A stretch of 64,000 nt of DNA from Vicugna vicugna (Eukaryota). Positions 58,401-64,000 of the stretch are shown here, one piece after another (the first letter of the stretch is position 1; each line of letters begins with the position of its first letter). The notes under the pieces were generated by a model that was given only the letters and a program-made list of their open reading frames with translations, was not told where the DNA came from and searched no databases. The stretch spans positions 1,996,419 through 2,060,418 of the forward strand of contig MU058198.1 of the NCBI GenBank assembly GCA_013265495.1, in the 5' to 3' direction. A program made the position numbers and the translations under genes.

Positions 58401-61400
58401 TCCTAGTCTTTTGAGGAATCTCCACACTGTTTTCCATAGTGGCTGCACCAAACTGCATTCCCACCAGCAGTGTAGGAGGGTTCCCCTTTCTCCACAGCCT
58501 CTCCAGCATTTGTCATTTTTGGATTTTTGAATGACGGCCATTCTGACTGGTGTGAGGTGATACCTCATTGTAGTTTTGATTTGCATTTCTCTGATAATTA
58601 GTGATATTGAACATTTTTTCATGTGCTTTTTGATCATTTGTATGTCTTCCTTGGAGAATTGCTTGTTTAGGTCTTCTGCCCATTTTTGGATTGGGTTGTT
58701 TATTTTTTTCTTATTGAGTCGTATGAGCTGCTTATATATTTTGGAGATCAAGCCTTTGTCGGTTTCACTTGCAAAAATTTTCTCCCATTCCGTAGGTTTT
58801 CTTCTTGTTTTATTTCTGGTTTCCTTTGCTCTGCAGAAGCTTGTAAGTTTCATTAGGTCCCATTTGTTTATTCTTGCTTTTATTTCTTCTAGGAGAAAAT
58901 TTTTGAAATGTATGTCAGATAATGTTTTGCCTATGTTTTCCTCTAGGAGGTTTATTGTATCTTGTCTTATGTTTAAGTCTTTAATCCATTTTGAGTTGAT
59001 TTTTGTATATGGTGTAAGGGTGTGTTCTAGCTTCATTGTTTTACATGCTGCTGTCCAGTTTTCCCAACACCATTTGCTGAAGAGACTGTCTTTATTCCAT
59101 TGTATATTCTTGCCTCCTTTGTCGAAGATGAGTTGACCAAAAGTTTGTGGGTTCATTTCTGGGCTCTCTATTCTGTTCCATTGGTCTATATGTCTGTTTT
59201 GGTACCAATACCATGCTGTCTTGATGACTGTAGCTCTATAGTATTGTCTGAAGTCTGGGAGAGTTATTCCTCCAGCCTCTTTCTTTCTCTTCAGTAATGC
59301 TTTAGCAATTCTAGGTCTTTGATGGTTCCATATAAATTTTATTATGATTTGTTCTAGTTCTGTGAAATATGTCCTGGGTAATTGGATAGGGATTGCATTA
59401 AATCTGTAGATTGCCTTGGGCAGTGTGACCATTTTAACAATATTGATTCTTCCAATCCAAGAGCATGGAATATCTTTCCATTTTTTAAAGTCTTCTTTAA
59501 TTTCCTTCATCAATGGTTTATAGTTTTCTGTGTATAATTCTTTCACCTCCTTGGTTAGATTTATTCCCAGATATTTTATTACTTTGGGTGCTATTTTAAA
59601 GGGGATTGTTTCTTTACTTTCTTTTTCTGTTGATTTATCGTTAGTGTAAAGAAAGGCAACTGATTTTTGAACATTAATTTTGTAACCTGCTACCTTGCTG
59701 AATTCTTCGATCAGCTCTAGTAGCTTTTTTGTGGACCTTTTAGGGTTTTCTATATATAGTAACATGTCGTCAGCATATAATGACACTTTTACCTCTTCTT
59801 TTCCAATTTGGATCCCTTTTATTTCTTTCTCTTGCCTGATTGCTGTGGCTAGGACTTCCAGGACTATATTGAATAGGAGTGGTGATAGTGGGCATCCTTG
59901 TCTTGTCCCAGATTTTAGTGGGAAGCTTTTGAGTTTTTCACCGTTGAGAACTATGCTGGCTATAGGTTTGTCATATATAGCTTTTATTATGTTGAGATAT
60001 GTTCCCTCTATACCCACTTTGGCGAGAGTTTTTATCATAAATGGGTGTTGAATTTTATCAAATGCTTTTTCTGCATCGATTGAGATGATCATGTGGTTTT
60101 TGTCCTTTCTCTTGTTGATGTGATGTATTACATTGATTGATTTGCGTATGTTGAACCAGCCTTGTGTCCCTGGGATGAACCCCACTTGGTCATGATGTAT
60201 AATCTTTTTTATGTGTTGTTGGATTCTATTTGCTAAAATTTTGGTGAGGATTTTGGCGTCTATTTGAAAATAAATCAATGTTGCAGTATTAATAATCTCA
60301 AGAAGAAAAATCATGTTTTTATCAATTATTGCACAAAAGCATTCAACAACATTTAACATCCATTTATGATTGAAAAAAAAAAAACTTGGCAAACCAAGGA
60401 AAGGAAATACCTTAACCTGTTAAGTGGCATCTACTTACACATGAAGCCTACACTAAATGTAATAGTGAAATACTAAATGTTTTCCCCATAAAATTGAAAA
60501 ATGGAGCAAGGATGTTCACTCTTACCACTTCCATTCAACCAATTTTGAGACTGGAAAAGAAAAAAAGCACATAAAGTAGCTCTCTTTTCACCCTTTTGAT
60601 TAGCATATTTACTGAGCTGATTATATTCTCCTGCACTATCTCTCCTTAACCACTACCATCAAATGAGTACTTGGAGCAACAAACAAGCAATCAAAACAAC
60701 AAAATTTTGCTCAGACAGTACAAATTACTATTCACAAAACATGCCATGTGGTTTTATTCCTACACATCTTTCACTAAGCTCCCACTGCTGATGGCAGCCT
60801 TTCTTCCATCACCACCTTCCTTTCATTCTCTCAGTATATCTTTATTTACTCCTCAAAATCAGCTCAGACCTCGACTCTAAGGGGCCTATCCTCCAAAAAG
60901 AAGGAGTTCGTTCTTCTACTCTCTTGGATCTCATGGTCTCTTGAACATATTTTAATATGTAACAAATCACACTATATAATAATTAATAGTATCAAGGTGG
61001 CTTTGTTCTCCACGAAGTGCCCATATTACTGGCAAGGATATACTGCTTACTCATAGCTGTAGAAAACTTGTTCATGACTATAGTTTCCAAAACTGAGCAA
61101 TTTAGGAACAACTTTGAACATAAGGTTTCAGGAAATCGGTAGGAAAGCTCTAAGAACATTTTCTGACATCTTTGAGATTACTCCATCAGGTCAGCTTTCA
61201 AAAACAAACACAGTTTAAAGCAAGACATCTAAAGTCTATTCGCTTCTGTGATCCTTGTCTTGAAATTACAGGCTACAGTGTCCACCCAAGTAACCAAGGA
61301 ATATGAGGATAAAGATGTAGAAGATGAAAGGAAGAGAGTCCTGACACTGTTAACTAATTTGAAGCGTGCCCCACTACTTCTTAATGATCTTACAAAGGTA

Positions 61401-61846
61401 AAATCATTCAATGTCCAACCTTGCCCTAAGATTTAGCCCACCTTCCCTGCCAAGACCGTATTGGTAGTATTACTAATTCATTGGAGTTTTATGGGATCGA
61501 TGTAAATATTCTGGTAAAAGAGATGGCTGAAGGGGAAAAGAGCTCCTGTGGAACTGCCCACAGGTAGCAGTCCTCAGGGGTCTGAGGTTATGGTTGTGGC
61601 TGACTGTAATCAGTGCTTTACTACAATGTGGTTCATTTTTAATTTTCTCAGATTTACTATAAGTGTCCAGTTGTAAAGGCTGTAAGAAATATCTCCCTTT
61701 TAGTCCAAAAATATGAGTGCTTTGGATTACTTGGATTAAATGGAGCTGGAAAAACCACTACATTCAAAATATTGACTGGAGAGGAGACCACAACCTCTGG
61801 AGTTGTGTTAATTGACGGCATTAGCATCACTGAAAATATCAGAAAG
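1..61846 (+). CDS. Spliced partial CDS (18 exons, 1020 codons) of an ABCA3-like ABC transporter of the ABCA14/15/16 clade, best guess ABCA16; gene extends beyond both window ends
   Basis: All 18 exons have GT donors, the 17 complete ones have AG acceptors, and phases are compatible with no stops. NBD1 motifs: [38 protein letters not shown]. Also [27 protein letters not shown] and NBD2 GLNGAGKT. Exon layout follows ABCA3 as recalled, but the sequence is too divergent for ABCA3 itself. Exact paralog is uncertain. Confidence 0.93.
290..2400 (-). mobile_element. Very old degraded L1 fragments (3' end about 290-680, ORF2 about 1690-2400)
   Basis: Degenerate antisense L1 phrases such as 'atttccagttttttgctattac' and 'ataccacaatggttttgctcgctatagctttataataagtctt'. 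Boundaries approximate. Confidence 0.55.
3415..3596 (+). CDS. ABCA exon, 182 nt (last TMD1 helix)
   Basis: tttcag| [60 protein letters not shown] |gtgagt. Confidence 0.96.
4285..6835 (-). mobile_element. Old 5'-truncated L1 (L1MB-like), 3' UTR plus ORF2
   Basis: Minus ORF 5358-5732 is ORF2-like ([23 protein letters not shown]...LDPYLT). T-rich 3' end near 4290. Confidence 0.92.
6895..7032 (+). CDS. ABCA exon, 138 nt (TMD1-NBD1 linker)
   Basis: ttgtag| [46 protein letters not shown] |gtattg. Confidence 0.95.
7340..7860 (-). mobile_element. L2 fragment
   Basis: 'tttgaactgagacctaaagaatgagaagagcc' and 'aaagatcattttggctacaatgtggaaaa' are typical antisense L2 text. Confidence 0.7.
7880..8830 (-). 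mobile_element. Old L1 fragments (5' end piece plus ORF2 piece)
   Basis: 'taatgctagcctcgtagagtgagctgggaagtatttcccc' and endonuclease-region antisense text. Confidence 0.75.
9412..9529 (+). CDS. ABCA exon, 118 nt (NBD1 Walker A)
   Basis: ccacag| [39 protein letters not shown](G) |gtatgc. Confidence 0.97.
9890..10300 (-). mobile_element. L2 fragment
   Basis: 'gaagccatgctgtcaagtttagaatttattctgagaccaatgacaagccacagaagag'. Confidence 0.55.
10595..11490 (-). mobile_element. L1 3' end (L1MA9/laurasiatherian type)
   Basis: 'ttgaagtataattgac...tttcaggtgtacaacatagtgattcag'. Minus translation [18 protein letters not shown]. Confidence 0.9.
11082..11148. repeat. (TAGA)n tetranucleotide microsatellite grading into (GATC)3
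   Basis: 12 perfect TAGA units at 11091-11138, with 2 further units upstream. Confidence 0.98.
11635..13040 (+). mobile_element. Old L1 5' UTR plus ORF1 remnant
   Basis: ORF1-like text 'ttcaacagcagacttgatcaggcagaa...tgaacttgaagacaagtca...attatgggagtcccagaa...ttaaagaaataatggctgaaa'. Confidence 0.8.
13041..16385 (+). mobile_element. Lineage-specific L1 of intermediate age, 5'-truncated ORF2 plus 3' UTR, disrupted
   Basis: ORF fragments [38 protein letters not shown]. Several stops and frameshifts. Confidence 0.95.
13683..14249 (-). mobile_element. Young L1 3' end nested antisense in an older L1, 11-bp TSD
   Basis: TSD tcaccacttct at 13672-13682 and 14250-14260. Poly-T at left. ORF2 C-terminus ...[11 protein letters not shown]. 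Confidence 0.96.
16395..17620 (+). mobile_element. L1 ORF2 end plus 3' UTR (L1MA9-like), interrupted at 17005-17208
   Basis: 'ctgttggtgggaatgtaaattggt...atatgattcagccatcccactttggatatttatctgaagg'; 3' UTR 'acagcatggtgactacagttaataatac'. Confidence 0.88.
17005..17208 (+). mobile_element. Composite insert: MLT1-type LTR 3' end joined to MER5A-like DNA transposon 5' part
   Basis: 'ttggggcctcttttatttagcagtgtagccttcaccctaat' followed by 'caatgattctcaaagtctggtcctctgaccagcagcat...gttagaaatgcgagttctc'. Confidence 0.7.
18108..18262 (+). CDS. ABCA exon, 155 nt (NBD1 Q-loop)
   Basis: ttgtag| [51 protein letters not shown] |gtgagt. Confidence 0.97.
18593..18786 (-). mobile_element. Young L1 3' UTR fragment with 17-20 bp TSD
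   Basis: atcaccagtgtgtttctttt at 18573-18592 and 18787-18806. The first 3 bp are also L1 sequence (5' microhomology). Confidence 0.95.
21036..21720 (+). mobile_element. L1 3' end (L1MA9-like) nested in the ancient antisense L1
   Basis: ORF2 tail plus 3' UTR ending aataaagctgggaaaaaaa. Degenerate TSD caatttatttaag / caatttgtttaag. Confidence 0.88.
25435..25590 (+). CDS. ABCA exon, 156 nt (NBD1 signature motif)
   Basis: ttctag| [52 protein letters not shown] |gtatta. Confidence 0.96.
25932..26142 (+). CDS. ABCA exon, 211 nt (NBD1 Walker B, D-loop, H-loop)
   Basis: ttttag| [70 protein letters not shown](G) |gtctct. The donor is weak but is the one required by phase and homology. Confidence 0.95.
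26895..26990 (-). mobile_element. MIR fragment
   Basis: 'cccattttacagaatacagaactatggctcagg' resembles the MIR core. Confidence 0.55.
27480..27640 (+). mobile_element. MIR fragment
   Basis: 'ggtcacttcattctctggatgtcagttgcctcattttcaaaatggagtaatagt'. Confidence 0.7.
27865..28070 (+). mobile_element. L2 3' end
   Basis: 'ctagaaagtagctctcaaggaggcaggaatttt...ttgttcactgctctatctgcagggcctaga...aaatgaat'. Confidence 0.8.
28413..28563 (+). CDS. ABCA exon, 151 nt (regulatory domain 1)
   Basis: tctcag| [49 protein letters not shown](R) |gtatag. Confidence 0.96.
28801..28827. repeat. Interrupted (TG)n microsatellite
   Basis: tgtgtgtgtctgtgtgtgtgtgtgtgt. Confidence 0.9.
30775..31625 (+). mobile_element. 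Old L1 3' end (L1MB-like)
   Basis: 'aaatgggcaaaggacttgaatatacatttctcc...gatccagcaattccacttctaggcatat...tatattttaccacattaaaaaa'. Confidence 0.9.
31774..31872 (+). CDS. ABCA exon, 99 nt (regulatory domain 1)
   Basis: ttccag| [32 protein letters not shown](K) |gtgagt. Confidence 0.97.
32213..32290. mobile_element. Short ERV-type LTR terminal fragment
   Basis: 'tgccggggaggaagaaattgtcttctactcttctaaattcttctgg...aagaattaaattgatgtgagaca' resembles the end of an artiodactyl ERV LTR (from memory). Confidence 0.5.
32291..33400 (-). mobile_element. Old L1 fragment (ORF2 endonuclease to inter-ORF region)
   Basis: Minus ORF 32272-32454: IDHMLGHK...[14 protein letters not shown]. Confidence 0.88.
33401..34125 (+). 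mobile_element. Intermediate-age lineage-specific L1 3' end with (AAAT)n tail
   Basis: Same 3' UTR type as 15980-16385. Tail aataaataaataaat... at about 34089-34120. Confidence 0.92.
34240..34700. mobile_element. Mosaic of short L1 pieces (sense 3' piece, sense 5' UTR piece, antisense 5' end)
   Basis: 'cagccttaaaaaagaagaaaatcgtgccatttgtgacaacatg'; 'gagttctgagtcccacatcaggctcccca'; 'ctacgctgccatcttga'. Confidence 0.65.
35553..35724 (+). CDS. ABCA exon, 172 nt (inter-half linker)
   Basis: atgtag| [57 protein letters not shown] |gtaagc. Phase 2 in, phase 0 out as required; ends in the conserved KxNTG. Confidence 0.9.
36506..36800 (+). CDS. ABCA exon, 295 nt (first TMD2 helix, start of ECD2)
   Basis: ttttag| [29 protein letters not shown]...[18 protein letters not shown]...QELRKVQ(G) |gtaaaa. 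Confidence 0.95.
37400..39525 (+). mobile_element. Old L1 5' UTR plus ORF1 remnant, interrupted by an MLT1 LTR
   Basis: 'aaaaatatttgaagaaataatgccagaagatttccaaaatttgatg...ccaagaagctcaatgaattctaagt'. Confidence 0.8.
38548..38940 (+). mobile_element. MaLR solo LTR (MLT1A/B-like)
   Basis: 'gttacgggctgaattgtgtacctccaaaatt...gagaggcctcagaagaaaccaaccctgctaaaaccttgatcttggacttctag...aactaaaaca'. Flanks gaaag / gaaaa fit a 5-bp TSD with one mismatch. Confidence 0.92.
39540..40315 (+). mobile_element. Intermediate-age L1 ORF2 C-terminal fragment
   Basis: ORFs [20 protein letters not shown] and [20 protein letters not shown]. Confidence 0.93.
40320..40950 (+). mobile_element. Old L1 ORF2 fragments
   Basis: 'gaataaaatacttaggaataaattt...ctatagattcaatgcaatctctatcaaaattccagcag'. 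Confidence 0.8.
41187..41433 (+). CDS. ABCA exon, 247 nt (ECD2)
   Basis: tcctag| [81 protein letters not shown](L) |gtacgt (phase 2). Confidence 0.94.
41580..41784 (+). CDS. ABCA exon, 205 nt (TMD2)
   Basis: ctttag| [68 protein letters not shown] |gtgagt. Confidence 0.97.
43603..43822 (+). CDS. ABCA exon, 220 nt (TMD2)
   Basis: tcccag| [73 protein letters not shown] |gtaaga. Confidence 0.96.
45615..45779 (+). CDS. ABCA exon, 165 nt (TMD2, Cys-pair loop)
   Basis: ttgtag| [53 protein letters not shown] |gtgagt. Confidence 0.93.
46040..46185 (-). mobile_element. MIR
   Basis: 'aatcttcacagcaccctgtaagttagctactattatcccaattttgtaaatgaggaaac'. Confidence 0.8.
46806..46885 (-). mobile_element. Tiny L1 3' terminus (cetartiodactyl type)
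   Basis: 'ttgaagtattgttgatttacaatgttgtgttagttccaggtgtacagcaaagtgattca'. cagaat is repeated on both sides (46800 and 46901). Confidence 0.8.
48022..48102 (+). mobile_element. tRNA-derived SINE, resembling the camelid vic-1 family
   Basis: A box tagctcaatgg, B box gagttcaattcc, then acctccattaaaaacaaataaataa tail. Flanks taaatgag / taaataag inside the host L1. Confidence 0.85.
48219..51696 (+). mobile_element. TSD-flanked, internally deleted L1 (5' UTR, EN region, ORF2 tail and 3' UTR)
   Basis: TSD aaatcacaa(t/g)gagata at 48203-48218 and 51697-51712. ORF 49146-49451 is endonuclease-like ([14 protein letters not shown]). No ORF1 or RT core visible. Confidence 0.88.
49856..49936 (+). mobile_element. 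81-bp young L1 3' terminus with 11-bp TSD
   Basis: agaaatacata at 49845-49855 and 49937-49947. The insert closely matches the reverse complement of about 13690-13769. Confidence 0.93.
52205..52380 (+). mobile_element. Intermediate-age L1 3' UTR fragment
   Basis: 'tatagcacagggaactatattcaatctcttg...gctgtacaccagaaattgacacaacattgtaaattgactatacttca'. Confidence 0.9.
52380..52476. repeat. AT-rich stretch followed by perfect (AC)22
   Basis: Uninterrupted AC run at 52433-52476, at the tail of the L1 fragment. Confidence 0.97.
53386..53573 (+). CDS. ABCA exon, 188 nt (last TMD2 helix)
   Basis: cctcag| [62 protein letters not shown] |gtaagt. Confidence 0.93.
54885..55230 (-). mobile_element. Old L1 ORF1 fragment
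   Basis: 'tttcttcaacactttgaatat...atgagaggtcagctgttaat...ttggccattatttcttca'. Confidence 0.75.
55640..56015 (+). mobile_element. ERVL 5' LTR (LTR16-like)
   Basis: tg...ca ends; 'agatcccccttcag', 'ctgggagtgct', 'ctgcatcacagcttgacttgtctccctgcctactcctgattccttc'. Confidence 0.8.
56016..56710 (+). mobile_element. ERVL internal region: primer-binding site and gag remnant
   Basis: 'gttagtaccaggagagg' directly follows the LTR and resembles a tRNA-Leu PBS. ORF 56072-56302 ([19 protein letters not shown]) resembles an ERVL gag N-terminus. Confidence 0.72.
56725..60570 (+). mobile_element. Old host L1 ORF2 (56725-57914, resuming at about 60264-60570)
   Basis: 'acaccatgaacaagtggggtttattccatgaatgtaaagttagtttaa' continues as 'tatttgaaaataaatcaatg' on the far side of the young insert. 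Confidence 0.85.
57915..60263 (-). mobile_element. Very young 5'-truncated L1 with open ORF2 remnant (RT and C-terminal domain, 729 aa)
   Basis: Uninterrupted ORF 60263 to 58074, [15 protein letters not shown]...[13 protein letters not shown]...LYADD...[18 protein letters not shown]...LICGI*. Poly-T at 57915-57924. Confidence 0.98.
61272..61397 (+). CDS. ABCA exon, 126 nt (TMD2-NBD2 linker)
   Basis: ttacag| [42 protein letters not shown] |gtaaaa. Contains the ABCA EDxDVxxER motif. Confidence 0.94.
61652..61846 (+). CDS. ABCA exon, 195 nt (NBD2 Walker A)
   Basis: tctcag| [65 protein letters not shown] |gtattt. Confidence 0.97.
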
Positions 61847-62109
61847 GTATTTCTGGACCTAATCACTGAGTCGGTGCCCTAAGGGAGGAGGTGACAGACA
61901 AGTGGGTGGGGGGCATGGAAGGAAAGCTGGAAGCATTGACATATATACATTCTTTACTCAAAAATAACAGACTCCAGGGACAGCGATAGTCATGATAACA
62001 TCCTGAGTTTGGGAAAAGGCAAATATTCTTTCTGGCTGAAACAAAATTTGAGTATCTATACATGGATCAAACTAGTAACAGGAAGAGCAGCTATCTCACT
62101 TAATCTGCC

Positions 62110-62383
62110 ATGATGTAATTGGAGCTTCTTATAAAACAATGGTTAGAAGAAGTGAAAGACGTTGTGAAAGACATTGAGAAAGTAGAGTTGTCAGGGTTTA
62201 GGCTCCATTTGGATGTGGGCTATAAGGAAAAGAAAAGAACCTGAGATATTGTCCAGGAATCTATCTTGAGCCAGTGAATGAATGAAAGTTCCATTCACCC
62301 AGAGAGTAAATACAGGACATGAGTATATTCAGAGGAGGATATGTTGAGTGTTAGATGTCTGCAACGCATTTCAAGGGAAAATA
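62110..62383 (-). mobile_element. L2 fragment
   Basis: 'atttggatgtgggctataaggaaaag...gttccattcacccagagagtaaatacagga...gatatgttgagtgttagatgtctg'. Confidence 0.7.
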
Positions 62384-63432
62384 TATCTCAGCATAAAACT
62401 ATTTATGACAAACCCACAGCCAACATAATACACAATGGTGAAAAGTTGAAATCTACCCACTAAGATCTGGAACAAGACAAGGGTGCCCACTCTCACCACT
62501 TTTATTCAACATAATATTGGAAGTCTTAACCATAGCAGTCAGACAAGAAAAAGAAATGAAAAGGATTCAAATTGGAAGAGAAGAGGTAAAATTGGCACTA
62601 AAAGCTCCACACAAAAACTACTAGAGCTGATAAAAGAATTTGGTAAGGTAGCAGGATACAAGATTAACATACAGAAATCAGTTGCATTTCTTTACACTAA
62701 CAATGAAATATCAGAAAAGGATAATAAAGAAACAATTGCTTTTAAAATCCCATTCCAAAAAATAAAATACTTAGGAATAAATCTGACCAAGGAGGTCAAA
62801 GACTTCTACACAGAGAACTACACAGAGAACTGACTAAGGAAATTAAAGATGACTTAAAGAAATGGAAAGATAGTCCATGTTCTTGAATTGGAAGAATTAA
62901 TATTACTAAAATGGCCATACTACCCAAAGCAATCCACAGATTTAATACATCCTTATCAAATTACTTAGGACATTTTTCACAGAACTAGAACAAATAATCT
63001 TAAAATTTATATGGACTCACAGAAGACCCAGAATTGTCAAAGCAATACTGAAGAAAATGAGTAAAGCTGGAGGCATAACCCTCGCAGACTTCAGACAATA
63101 CCACAAAGCTACAGTAATCAAAACAGCATGGTACCGGCACAAAAACAGATATGAGGGACAAGGAAGAGAATAGACAGCCCAGAAATTAACCCACATATTT
63201 ACAGTCAGTTAATGTCCAACAAAGGAGGCAAGAATGTACAATGGAGAAAATACAGTCTCTTCAGCAAGTGGTGTTAAGAAAGCTGGACAGCCACATGTAA
63301 ATGAATGAAGTTAGAACACTGCCTCACACCAAACACAAAAATAAATGTAAAATGGCTTAAAGACTTAAACATAAGGCAAGATACCGTAAATCTCCTAGAA
63401 GAGAAGATAGACAAAACCTTAGACATAAATCC
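62384..63432 (+). mobile_element. Intermediate-age L1 ORF2 internal fragment
   Basis: Closely parallels 13560-15225 ([31 protein letters not shown]). Lacks the YADD segment and has a 12-bp tandem duplication near 62808-62831. Confidence 0.93.
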
Positions 63433-64000
63433 TTCGGTGTTCTTATCACCTCCTTATTGAAGTCAGGATCTAGTAGACTGTTGAGGTCTATTTCATTATT
63501 CGTTCATTCAGGGGACTTTTCTTGTTTTTGTTTTTTTTTAATTGGGAGTAGTTCCTCTGCTTCTTCATTTTACTTATGTTTCTCTAACTCTACGAACTTA
63601 GGAGTAACAATTATCTACTGTGGTCTCAAAGGGCTATTTTTTTTTAAGTGGGAGCATCCCTGTGTAGACAGTGCACATCTAATAATTTTGTTATTTTGGG
63701 GCGTTTTTAGTATGGATGGTTGCCATGTCTTTATTCTATGTGTGCTGACTGTTATCCCCTTGATTGGGGATGTAGTTGTTTTGCTGACCAGAGCCTGCCC
63801 TGGTTGTTGAGTAGGGTCCTCTTTCCTCTGTAGTTGTCACAACCCTGAAAGGTGCCAGGTCTGCTCCCCTGTTGTTGGAATAAAGGCTTTCAGAGCCATT
63901 GCTGAGCTGGGGTGTGTGATAAGTGGGATTGGAGCACTTCCATTGGACGAGGAGCTGCTGAGTGTTCCTCTGCTAGAAATGTCTCCCAGGAAGTGCCCTT
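63433..64000 (-). mobile_element. L1 ORF1 N-terminus and 5' UTR
   Basis: 'aattgggagtagttcctctgcttcttcatttt' is the antisense of an ORF1 start, followed by GC-richer UTR-like sequence. Confidence 0.75.

Noticed and set aside
58576..60051. + strand hydrophobic ORFs of 186, 65 and 118 aa
   Set aside because: They are antisense shadows of L1 ORF2. The same applies to 5940-6401.
58074..60392. 772-aa ORF as a standalone reverse transcriptase gene or novel RT system
   Set aside because: Residues 44-772 are ordinary L1 ORF2. The first 43 residues are chance read-through into the antisense strand of the host L1, and the track's start at 60392 is not an ATG.
1..61846. Calling the gene ABCA3 itself, or a pseudogene
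   Set aside because: The protein is clearly diverged from ABCA3 and sits in AT-rich, long-intron DNA. No stop or frameshift was found in any of the 18 exons.

Overview
This is AT-rich mammalian genomic DNA, probably camelid, judging from a tRNA-derived SINE resembling vic-1 and the young L1 3' ends. The whole window lies inside one + strand gene encoding a full-size ABCA lipid transporter of the ABCA3-related ABCA14/15/16 clade; my best guess is ABCA16. I traced 18 consecutive GT-AG exons by hand (1-37 partial through 61652-61846). They join in phase into 3060 nt, or 1020 codons, with no stop. They cover the end of TMD1, all of NBD1, regulatory domain 1, TMD2/ECD2 and the start of NBD2. The introns are mostly nested LINE-1 of several ages, plus L2, MIR, MaLR/ERVL LTRs and microsatellites. 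I see no evidence of a new multi-gene system. The points worth a second look are a very weak splice donor right after NBD1, a young L1 with 729 open ORF2 codons, a TSD-flanked L1 lacking ORF1 and RT, and an apparently captured piece of ancient DNA inside a younger L1. Repeat family names and comparisons with ABCA3 are from memory, not from database searches. Boundaries of old repeats are approximate.
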